DNA from: Candidatus Bathyarchaeia archaeon
Lineage (GTDB): Archaea > Thermoproteota > Bathyarchaeia > Bathyarchaeales > Bathycorpusculaceae
Reading direction: 5' to 3'
Length of the DNA stretch: 13,726 bases
NCBI GenBank assembly: GCA_049512935.1
Contig: JBEKWR010000033.1
Span: 1-13,726, forward strand
Of the stretch, positions 7,544-13,726 are shown piece by piece; position 1 is the first letter of the stretch; every line of letters begins with the position of its first letter. The notes beneath the pieces are model-generated. The model was not told the DNA's origin. It saw only the letters and a list, made by a program, of their open reading frames with translations, and searched no databases. The position numbers were made by a program, and so were the translations under genes.

Positions 7544-7873
7544 TTAGTCGGTTTTTTCTTCGGTTGCTGGCTCGGCAGCAGAGGCTTTAGCCGCTTCCTT
7601 TGTCACTTCTTCCACGGGCAAACCTTTAGCTGCACGTTTCGCCACGGCTCCAAGTTTTGTCGCCGGGGTGTAGGCTCCGCCTGCGAAGGTGAAGTTGCAT
7701 TTACCGCATTTCCAGATGCCGACGCTTTCACGATGCACCCGCACGAAGCCGCAGTTTGGGCATTTGTGCGGTCGCTTAAGTTCAGTGACGACTTTGACGT
7801 AGCGTTTCCTAACTGTGGCACCGTAACGTGTTCCTAAACCCCTTGTTGGACCGACCTTCTTCGTTTTCGGCAC
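7544..7873 (-). CDS. rpl37ae: 50S ribosomal protein L37Ae (eL43)
   Basis: TKKVGPTRGLGTRYGATVRK, zinc finger CPNC...GIWKCGKC, FAGGAYTP. Start reassigned to GTG 7873 behind GGTGA (7879-7883). Confidence 0.96.
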   Translation of the reverse strand: MPKTKKVGPTRGLGTRYGATVRKRYVKVVTELKRPHKCPNCGFVRVHRESVGIWKCGKCNFTFAGGAYTPATKLGAVAKRAAKGLPVEEVTKEAAKASAAEPATEEKTD

Positions 7874-7878
7874 TTTTT

Positions 7879-8670
7879 TCACCAATCAAGCTTCTTGCGT
7901 AATTCGACTGCTTTCTCCTGAGCAATCTTTAATGCTTCTAAAATCTGTTGCGGTGTAAAGTAGCCTGAGCCGCCCTTCTGGCAGGCACATATTTTGCCTT
8001 CGTCGTTGATCGCCAAAGTTATCCGGGAGTCCATAACCTTTTCTTCTTCAAGCCATGGGTCAACAATCAAGACGTTGTTTATCTTGCCGATGGTTACGGT
8101 TATGGGGTGGCTTTTCATAGGCAGCGGAGTGTATCCCTGCTTCATTTTTACTTCGCCGTCTTTGATTTCATAGTTCGGCATCTTCGTGTTCAGTAGTGCA
8201 GCCATAGCAGCTAATGCGGCGCAGTCAATCAGGTTCCCGTCGTGGTTCAGCACGTAAACGTCAACGAAGACAATGAACACTTTCTTTCCTGGCTCGATGC
8301 AAAGTTTCTCGGTGTCGATAGCATGTGATTCACGGATGCCTCGGTCAACAACTCTTGCAAGCTCAATAGAGTTTTCGTCTGGTGGTCCCGGCTCAAAGTT
8401 CGGTGAAGCCAACGGGACAAGTTCAGCGTTAACCGTCATTACCCCTTCGTTAGGCGTATCGGTGAACGGCTCGCCAATTTCCACTTTTACGCCGGCAAGA
8501 ACCTCGGATTTGCCAAGCAGGCACCTTGCGGATCCTTCGGCGCGTTCGATTAAACCTTGCTCAATCTTGATTTCTCTTGTGTCACGTAAGCCTCGTTCGT
8601 CTAGGCGTTTTCCTTTTTCGAGCAGACCTTCAATCTGCTTTAGTCTAACTTTAGTTATTAATGATGACAT
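7879..8670 (-). CDS. rrp42: Exosome complex subunit Rrp42 (RNase PH-like)
   Basis: GKRLDER, AEGSA, PFTDTPNEG, FEPGPPDENSIELARVVDRGIRES, VLNHDGNLID, QKGG; operon context. Confidence 0.96.
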   Translation of the reverse strand: MSSLITKVRLKQIEGLLEKGKRLDERGLRDTREIKIEQGLIERAEGSARCLLGKSEVLAGVKVEIGEPFTDTPNEGVMTVNAELVPLASPNFEPGPPDENSIELARVVDRGIRESHAIDTEKLCIEPGKKVFIVFVDVYVLNHDGNLIDCAALAAMAALLNTKMPNYEIKDGEVKMKQGYTPLPMKSHPITVTIGKINNVLIVDPWLEEEKVMDSRITLAINDEGKICACQKGGSGYFTPQQILEALKIAQEKAVELRKKLDW

Positions 8671-9407
8671 TACTCTTCTCCAGCCTCCTTAACAACCATA
8701 TACTTCGTTTTTAACGCTTCCTTCTGCATCTCATAGATCTTTTTGCATCCATCAATCGCCATGTTCATGGCTTTTTCAAATTCTTCCGTTGTCAGAATGC
8801 CATCCATCTGAAGCAATGTAACCGCGTTTAAGCTGGGCATGTAAGCTACGGGAACATCAGCGGCGCCTAGCTTGTCTTCAGCATCGTAGAGGTCTAAGAC
8901 AACTGTGTCATCAACCTTTCCAGCCGCGCACGCAACAACCAAGTCACGCATCGGAACGCCAGCGTCTGCAATTGCTAAGGCGGCAGCAGTGATGCTTGCA
9001 CATCGGGTTCCTCCGTCAGCCTGCAGGACTTCAACGAAAACGTCAACGCCTGTCCGCGGATAAAGCTCCAAGAACAAGGCTGGCTCCAAAGATTCTCTTA
9101 TGACTTTAGACAGCTCAACTTCTCTTCTTGAAGGCGCGGGTGATTTGCGTTCCTGCACCGAAAAGGGAGCCATGTGATAGCGGCAGCGCAGAACCATGCG
9201 GTCTGGCATAGCCAAGTGTTTAGGATGCATTTCTCTTGGGCCAAAAGCCGCGGCTAAAATCTTGTTTTTGCCATGTTCAATGTAGGCTGACCCATCAGCG
9301 TTCGATAAGACGCCGACTTGAAGCTTTAACGGTCGAAGCTCATCTGCTTTTCTACCATCCAACCTTACGCCTTTTTTATCAATCAGTTTTTCAGGTTTTT
9401 CATTCAT
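8670..9407 (-). CDS. rrp41: Exosome complex exonuclease Rrp41
   Basis: [58 protein letters not shown]. Start at ATG 9407 behind GGAGG, overlapping the rrp4 stop. Confidence 0.97.
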   Translation of the reverse strand: MNEKPEKLIDKKGVRLDGRKADELRPLKLQVGVLSNADGSAYIEHGKNKILAAAFGPREMHPKHLAMPDRMVLRCRYHMAPFSVQERKSPAPSRREVELSKVIRESLEPALFLELYPRTGVDVFVEVLQADGGTRCASITAAALAIADAGVPMRDLVVACAAGKVDDTVVLDLYDAEDKLGAADVPVAYMPSLNAVTLLQMDGILTTEEFEKAMNMAIDGCKKIYEMQKEALKTKYMVVKEAGEE

Positions 9408-10122
9408 TCTTGTTTTCCTCCACTTTTTCTTCAACTTTACCTTTACGTTCTTTAAGCAACTGTGTTATGCGATCTGTAAGACCGCTCGTGTGGGACTCTT
9501 GCTCAATCTTTCGGATCGCATCTATTGCGAGTTCCTCATCCTCAGGAGCTTTTCCAGTCACCAAGATGACACCGTTGAGCCCCAGAATAATTTGGCAACC
9601 CGTCTCCTGTTTAATCATGGAAATCATTGAGCCTTTTCTACCGATTACCCGAGGAATCTTCGTTGGTGTCACGTGAAGAATCTGTCCTCGAGTTATCTTT
9701 CCCAGCCCTGGCTCTCCAACGGTGAGCTGTGGGTCGTGGGCTCTGTCGTATGAGGCGATTTTTGCAACAATCAAGTCGCCAGCGTTTAGAACCGCGGATA
9801 ACTCGTCGTTTTGAGGCTTGAAAGGCCTGCTTAAAACGTCTGAGGCACGCAAGAGTGCTGTGTAGGGTGATTTAATGTCAATCGTCCAGCCGTTAAATCC
9901 TACTTCCACGACTGTCCCTATCACAATATCTCCCATTTTAGGCACATAAAAAGCCCTAAGTGCGACAACGTTCACTTTTTTATTGTCGGTATCCACAAGT
10001 CCGATTCTAGAGGCGAAAATCTTGTTCTGCTCCATATACGTGTTTTCGCCAGGCAAATATTCGCCCTCAGCAAGCATTTCTCCTGGCGTCACGAGCTGTT
10101 TTTTTTCAAAGAATATTGGCAT
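9400..10122 (-). CDS. rrp4: Exosome complex RNA-binding protein Rrp4 (S1 + KH)
   Basis: [16 protein letters not shown] (S1), [13 protein letters not shown] (KH), [10 protein letters not shown]. Start at ATG 10122 behind GGTGA (10131-10135). Confidence 0.96.
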   Translation of the reverse strand: MPIFFEKKQLVTPGEMLAEGEYLPGENTYMEQNKIFASRIGLVDTDNKKVNVVALRAFYVPKMGDIVIGTVVEVGFNGWTIDIKSPYTALLRASDVLSRPFKPQNDELSAVLNAGDLIVAKIASYDRAHDPQLTVGEPGLGKITRGQILHVTPTKIPRVIGRKGSMISMIKQETGCQIILGLNGVILVTGKAPEDEELAIDAIRKIEQESHTSGLTDRITQLLKERKGKVEEKVEENKNE

Positions 10123-10152
10123 AAAATCTTTCACCATCCATTTTAGATTTTT

Positions 10153-10842
10153 TTACGAGATTATTTTTGCTTCTCCACTTCCTTTTGTTACGTCGCCAAG
10201 TTTGTTCAGCAACGAGGCGTAGGATCCAGCGGGCAGTTCTAGCTCGCCATACCATGAGCCGTCTCCACGCCATTCTTCCCGTTTTATTGTTCCTAAGGTT
10301 TTAACCGACCCGTAGGCTCTTGCGGCGTACTGGGAAGGTATCTTCACGGCGACTGTGACTTGCTCTACTTTTAGGGGCAAGATCGGTCGCAAGAGTTTAA
10401 CTATGTCCCTTGCTTGTTCCTCAACTGGCTTGTACGGGTCAATCGGGTAACGGATCTGCTCCATCGCGTTCTCGATGCGCATTGGAGGATGAGGCAGGTT
10501 CGTTTTTGGGTCAACTGCTTGTCTCGCGATGTAATCGATTATTTGTCTTCTTTTGTCCTCAACCATTTTGCGTCTCTGTTCGGTGGTTAGCTGAAGCGTG
10601 CCTTTCTTGAGTATGACATCAGCGATTTTCAGCGCGTCGATGGTTCCGAAGGCTTTGCGCATTGCTTCCTCGGAAACTTTGGTTCCCTTGTTCGCGTCGG
10701 AAAATATCATTTCAGCGGCTAAGACATCGGTGATTCCAGCGATTTTCCCGTTGCGGTAATCCAGTGCTTTTTGCGGCTTAACTAGGACTTCAAAATGTTC
10801 GTTTTCTTTTGTTAAGCGTGCAACGGTGAACTTTTCACTCAT
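10153..10842 (-). CDS. Ribosome maturation factor SBDS/Sdo1 homolog
   Basis: HFEVLV, IFSDANKG, ILKKGTLQLTTEQRR, VDPKTNLPHPPMRIENAM, EEWRGDGSW; canonical position between psmA and rrp4. Start ATG 10842 or GTG 10845. Confidence 0.96.
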   Translation of the reverse strand: MSEKFTVARLTKENEHFEVLVKPQKALDYRNGKIAGITDVLAAEMIFSDANKGTKVSEEAMRKAFGTIDALKIADVILKKGTLQLTTEQRRKMVEDKRRQIIDYIARQAVDPKTNLPHPPMRIENAMEQIRYPIDPYKPVEEQARDIVKLLRPILPLKVEQVTVAVKIPSQYAARAYGSVKTLGTIKREEWRGDGSWYGELELPAGSYASLLNKLGDVTKGSGEAKIIS

Positions 10843-10849
10843 CACTTTG

Positions 10850-11578
10850 TCACTTGCTTGAACCCAGCTCTTTGATGTAACCTTCCACTTTGTCGTCGCC
10901 CAGCATTTCCATCTTCTTTGTTGTTAGGGGTATGACCGCTATCTTTATTCTCGCAGGCAGCTGCCGTGCTTCTAGAGCTTTGACTAAGCATTTTACCGCC
11001 AGTCTGACGCCTTGCTCGAGTGTTAGGTCTTCTTTGTACTCTTCTTTGAGGATTGCCTGGACTGTTTCTCTTCCTGCGCCGAGCGCGGTTGCTTTGTATC
11101 CTCGGTAGGTTCCGCTTGGGTGTGTTCCGAAAACGCGTGTTCCTGTTTTGTCGACTCCGCCGAAGATTATGGAGACTCCGAAGGGTCTGACTCCTGCGTG
11201 CTGTGTATACATTTGTTGGATGTCGCATATGCGTTTTGTGACGACTTCTACGTCTATGGGTTCGTCGTAAGTTAGTTTGTTGCTTTGAGCGTAAATTCTT
11301 GCTTGATCGATGAGTATTCTGGCGTCTGAGCTTAAACCGACGATCGCGGCGCCTATGTGGTCGTCTACTCTGAAGATTTTCCAGGAGTAGCCTGCTTCTT
11401 CGAGGATTTCGATGTTTTCTTCTGAGCCGAGGACTAAGCCTTCCGGGGTTTGGATTCCAAGTATGGTGGCTCCGCGGTTTACTAGTTCCATTGCGTATTC
11501 GACTTGGAAGAGTCGTCCGTCGGGTGAGAAAACGGTTATTGCACGGTCGTATGCTCCTGGTGCTGCAAACACTGACAT
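10850..11578 (-). CDS. psmA: Proteasome subunit alpha
   Basis: YDRAITVFSPDGRLFQVEYA, GLSSDARILID, YTQHAGVRPFGVS, PSG; RBS GAGGT at 11585-11589. Confidence 0.98.
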   Translation of the reverse strand: MSVFAAPGAYDRAITVFSPDGRLFQVEYAMELVNRGATILGIQTPEGLVLGSEENIEILEEAGYSWKIFRVDDHIGAAIVGLSSDARILIDQARIYAQSNKLTYDEPIDVEVVTKRICDIQQMYTQHAGVRPFGVSIIFGGVDKTGTRVFGTHPSGTYRGYKATALGAGRETVQAILKEEYKEDLTLEQGVRLAVKCLVKALEARQLPARIKIAVIPLTTKKMEMLGDDKVEGYIKELGSSK

Positions 11579-11616
11579 AACTTAACCTCACTTTACACTA
11601 TTCGCTATTTCACAGA

Positions 11617-11647
11617 TTCATATAAAGACCACACTAAAAACCTTTCC
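11617..11647 (-). promoter_or_regulatory. Promoter of the psmA-exosome operon
   Basis: Minus strand reads GGAAAGG-TTTTTA (BRE/TATA-like) and TTTATAT, 40-70 nt upstream of the psmA ATG. Confidence 0.5.
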
Positions 11648-11706
11648 TAGCCAAAACCCATTCCGCTGAAATTTTTTGGCGGGGCTTGTTTGGTTTTAAT
11701 TTTTTT

Positions 11707-11977
11707 GTTGCGACTTTTGCTAAGGGAAAGTTGCGACTTTCCGCCTTGGCAGTTTGCGTTTCATGTTGCTTTTACGGTTTAGAGCTTGAAAGCGTTTGAA
11801 CGTTGCGACTTTGGGATGGGCGGGTTGCGACTTTCAATGTTGACCCCATGTTGAAGGCATTGTCAGTTATTGTCGGTTATGGGCGGGTTTTTGGGCGGCT
11901 GGTTCGGTTTTGCATGGGTTTCGGTTTTTCAGCTTGGGGCTAAAGGTTTCTGCGGGTTGCGACTTTTGGGATGGGCG
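11707..11977 (+). repeat. Five direct copies of GTTGCGACTTT in a G/T-skewed intergenic region
   Basis: Exact copies at 11707-11717, 11730-11740, 11802-11812, 11824-11834 and 11956-11966. Copies 3 and 5 extend into (T)GGGATGGGCG; copies 4 and 5 are preceded by GCGG. Confidence 0.9.
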
Positions 11978-12039
11978 CTGGCTCGGCAGTTTTTCAGAAG
12001 CTGGCGGGTTCTCCCGGGATCCTTTGCAGTAACTTTGGC

Positions 12040-12103
12040 TTTTATACTAGACTGAACCATTAACTTTATCTATTACTTTGTAAAATAAAGTAATTTGCAA
12101 AGT
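12040..12103 (+). promoter_or_regulatory. Promoter and operator palindromes upstream of the wHTH-antitoxin-MazF operon
   Basis: TTTTATA near 12040-12046 and TTTATC at 12065-12070. Perfect inverted repeat ATTACTTT (12072-12079)/AAAGTAAT (12087-12094), overlapped by ACTTTGTAAA (12075-12084)/TTTGCAAAGT (12094-12103). Confidence 0.6.
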
Positions 12104-12128
12104 GTATGGAGTTCTGGGGAGAAAAAAT

Positions 12129-12488
12129 TTGAACGATAATGTTTACCTCTTGTTAGATGCTTCTGAAAGGTTGAACACCCGCACAGTATCTTTGACTAGG
12201 TGTCTTATTTTGGCTTTATTGTCGTATTTTGTGGATGGCGTTCAGTACAGAGAGTTGAAAACTGCTTTGAAGTTATCTGATGGAAAATTGATCGCAAATT
12301 TAAATCTGCTCAGAACAATGGGGTACATTCGAAAATCTGAAGCTGACGCGAATCAAAGAAAGATTGATGTCTATTCTCTTACGGAGAAAGGAAAAAATGA
12401 ATTGAGTAAGATTGTTGAGTGGATGAAGCTAATTCAAACAGTTGCAAGTGAGGGAGACGAAAAATGCCAAGTGATATTGACAAGGTAG
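12129..12488 (+). CDS. Winged helix-turn-helix transcriptional regulator (ArsR/HTH_34-like)
   Basis: RCLILALL...VQYRELKTALKLSDGKLIANLNLLRTMGYI...VYSLTEKGKNEL pattern. Probable TTG start at 12129 behind GGGGAGA (the track start 12102 is upstream). Confidence 0.85.
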   Translation: MNDNVYLLLDASERLNTRTVSLTRCLILALLSYFVDGVQYRELKTALKLSDGKLIANLNLLRTMGYIRKSEADANQRKIDVYSLTEKGKNELSKIVEWMKLIQTVASEGDEKCQVILTR

Positions 12489-12994
12489 TTGCATGCCTCA
12501 AGTTTTTAGATTTACGTCCAAGGATGAATGATTATCGATGGCGTTTTATGACCCAGAAAATCGGGTTCTTGGCAAAAGCTCTTGGAATGGATATTAGATA
12601 TGAGTTCACTATTTACGTGGCAGGACCTTATTCGAGAGATTTGAATTGTGACTATTACTCGTTCGAAGTTAAGGTTAAGATGGATGCGCTTGAAACTGAT
12701 TATCAGCTTTCGACTAATGACACTGCTGCTTTAACGAGAATCAAGAGTTGCCAAGGTTTGCTGGAAAATCAAAGCTTATTGGAAGCAACAGCTACTGCAG
12801 TTTATCTTATTCGTCAAAATCCGAATGAAGGCGACGACAGCTTGTTTATGAGCTTAAAGCGGCTAAAACCTCACCTGAGTGACTCTGACCGGGTTGTAGG
12901 CATTACCAAGGCCAAGGAACTGCTGTTTACACCTGATTATTTGACTGAAGACCTTAAGCGTGAAATGGATGAATGGGATAGACTTGAAAGCTGA
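12464..12994 (+). CDS. Panacea (DUF4065/SocA)/YwgA-like protein; putative antitoxin
   Basis: QKIGFL...YEFTIYVAGPYSRDL matches the QKxxY/F...F-x2-Y-x2-GPYS signature; LEATAT; acidic tail EMDEWDRLES. RBS GAGGGAG; lies directly upstream of mazF. Confidence 0.72.
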   Translation: MPSDIDKVVACLKFLDLRPRMNDYRWRFMTQKIGFLAKALGMDIRYEFTIYVAGPYSRDLNCDYYSFEVKVKMDALETDYQLSTNDTAALTRIKSCQGLLENQSLLEATATAVYLIRQNPNEGDDSLFMSLKRLKPHLSDSDRVVGITKAKELLFTPDYLTEDLKREMDEWDRLES

Positions 12995-13003
12995 TGAGAA
13001 CTG

Positions 13004-13351
13004 ATGCAGCGTGCAATTAAACCCATGGATATCTGGATGGTCTCTTTAACTGAGACTGTGGGTTCTGAGCAAATGGGGCAGCGACCAGCAATTGTTATTT
13101 CAGTGCATAATCAATCAAATACTTGCATGGTGGTGCCCTTGACTAAAAACTCGGCTGCTTCCAGATTCCCTTATTCTTTTACAATCGCATGCTCCATGGT
13201 CAATGGGCTGTCTGTTGATTCGGTCGCATTGATATTTCAAATGCGGTCTCTATCGATGACAGCAGGAAGGTTCCTTTCGAAAATGGGCAGCGTTGAAAGT
13301 GGTCATTTTGGGCGGATTAAGTCTTTAATAAAAGATTACCTGCAAGTCTAG
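13004..13351 (+). CDS. mazF: MazF/PemK-family endoribonuclease toxin
   Basis: DIWMVSL, GSEQMGQRPAIVIS (catalytic Arg), VVPLT (catalytic Thr), SVALIFQMRSLS, RF..KMG; 115 aa. Confidence 0.93.
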   Translation: MQRAIKPMDIWMVSLTETVGSEQMGQRPAIVISVHNQSNTCMVVPLTKNSAASRFPYSFTIACSMVNGLSVDSVALIFQMRSLSMTAGRFLSKMGSVESGHFGRIKSLIKDYLQV

Positions 13352-13446
13352 AAGGACCACAACCTGCCTCAAAACCCAGAAACAAAGAGCCGGGTGTCGC
13401 CTGCCTTTTAACACGAATTGTTGCCTCTTTTGATTTCTATGCATCT

Positions 13447-13473
13447 TTTCCAATGATATTTATAGCTTGGAAA
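13447..13473. promoter_or_regulatory. TATA box enclosed by an inverted repeat
   Basis: TTTCCAA (13447-13453) and TTGGAAA (13467-13473) flank TTTATA (13459-13464). Confidence 0.45.
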
Positions 13474-13487
13474 TCACCCACCCGCAA

Positions 13488-13556
13488 GATAGCCATGACT
13501 ACATGGCACGGGCACTAGCCCTGGCAGTAGCACGCAGCATGCAGAACGGTGCTTTT
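13488..13556 (+). ncRNA. Candidate small RNA with twin ACUA-loop hairpins
   Basis: GCCATG-ACTA-CATGGC (13492-13507), GGGC-ACTA-GCCC (13510-13521), and AGCAC/GTGCT stem (13529-13553) ending in a T4 run; lies about 25-30 nt downstream of a TATA box. Confidence 0.3.
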
Positions 13557-13593
13557 CAACATAGAAACAATACCCGCGCTTTCAACATGAAAC
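13551..13593 (-). repeat. Tandem TTTCAACAT(A)GAAACA repeat, an inverted counterpart of motifs at 11758-11855
   Basis: GCTTTTCAACATAGAAACA (13551-13569) and GCTTTCAACATGAAAC (13578-13593). CAACATGAAAC (13583-13593) is the exact reverse complement of GTTTCATGTTG (11758-11768). Confidence 0.6.
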
Positions 13594-13726
13594 AGTCTCT
13601 TTCTGCATTAAAAGTTGTTTTCTTAGTAGTTATAAGCAATTTCTTAAGGTCAATTGGCGGTTGTTCAGTTTTTCTAGCAATAAATGCTTGGACGAATGTT
13701 TCACTCAAGAAGCGACCGCATCATAA

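Noticed and set aside
10842-11591. 249-aa Arg-rich alternative-frame ORF over psmA, plus other shadow ORFs within the exosome operon
   Set aside because: Frame-shifted or antisense by-products of highly conserved genes.
11707-11966. CRISPR array or type III ToxI tandem array
   Set aside because: The repeats are only 11 bp, spacing is irregular (22-132 bp), no cas genes are present, and two genes separate them from the toxin.
11870-12055. 61-aa Gly/Phe/Trp-rich ORF
   Set aside because: An artefact of the G/T-skewed repeat tract; TTG start without an RBS.
13447-13473. Orc1/Cdc6 origin recognition box
   Set aside because: The TTCCA/TGGAA arms are too far apart, there is no G-string, and no cdc6 gene is in the window.
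13503-13726. Open + frame from ATG 13503 to the window end, and a 33-aa minus-strand ORF near 13607-13708
   Set aside because: No RBS or motif; the + frame runs through hairpins and repeats. Cannot be judged without the flanking sequence.

Overview
Archaeal chromosomal window. The GGTGA/GGAGG ribosome-binding sites, TATA-like promoters, exosome and 20S proteasome genes show it is archaeal; gene content suggests a TACK lineage such as Bathyarchaeia (inference). Left part: aspartate kinase followed by a truncated DhnA-type aldolase/ADH synthase (minus strand, missed by the ORF track), a divergent FBPase/IMPase + metallophosphoesterase pair, a 51-aa CdrS-like ribbon-helix-helix gene (also missed), and pyrF. 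Middle: a structured non-coding stretch, a membrane-anchored exported protein and a double zinc-ribbon YdjG-like protein with a Gly/RGG-rich insert. Next is the conserved psmA-SBDS-rrp4-rrp41-rrp42-rpl37ae operon, without its usual flanking genes. Right end: an AT-rich accessory cassette (wHTH regulator, Panacea/DUF4065-like antitoxin with a MazE-like acidic tail, MazF toxin). It is preceded by five GTTGCGACTTT repeats and an operator palindrome, followed by a candidate small RNA with twin ACUA-loop hairpins, and bracketed by degenerate inverted motifs. All protein assignments are by motif recognition only; no searches were run.
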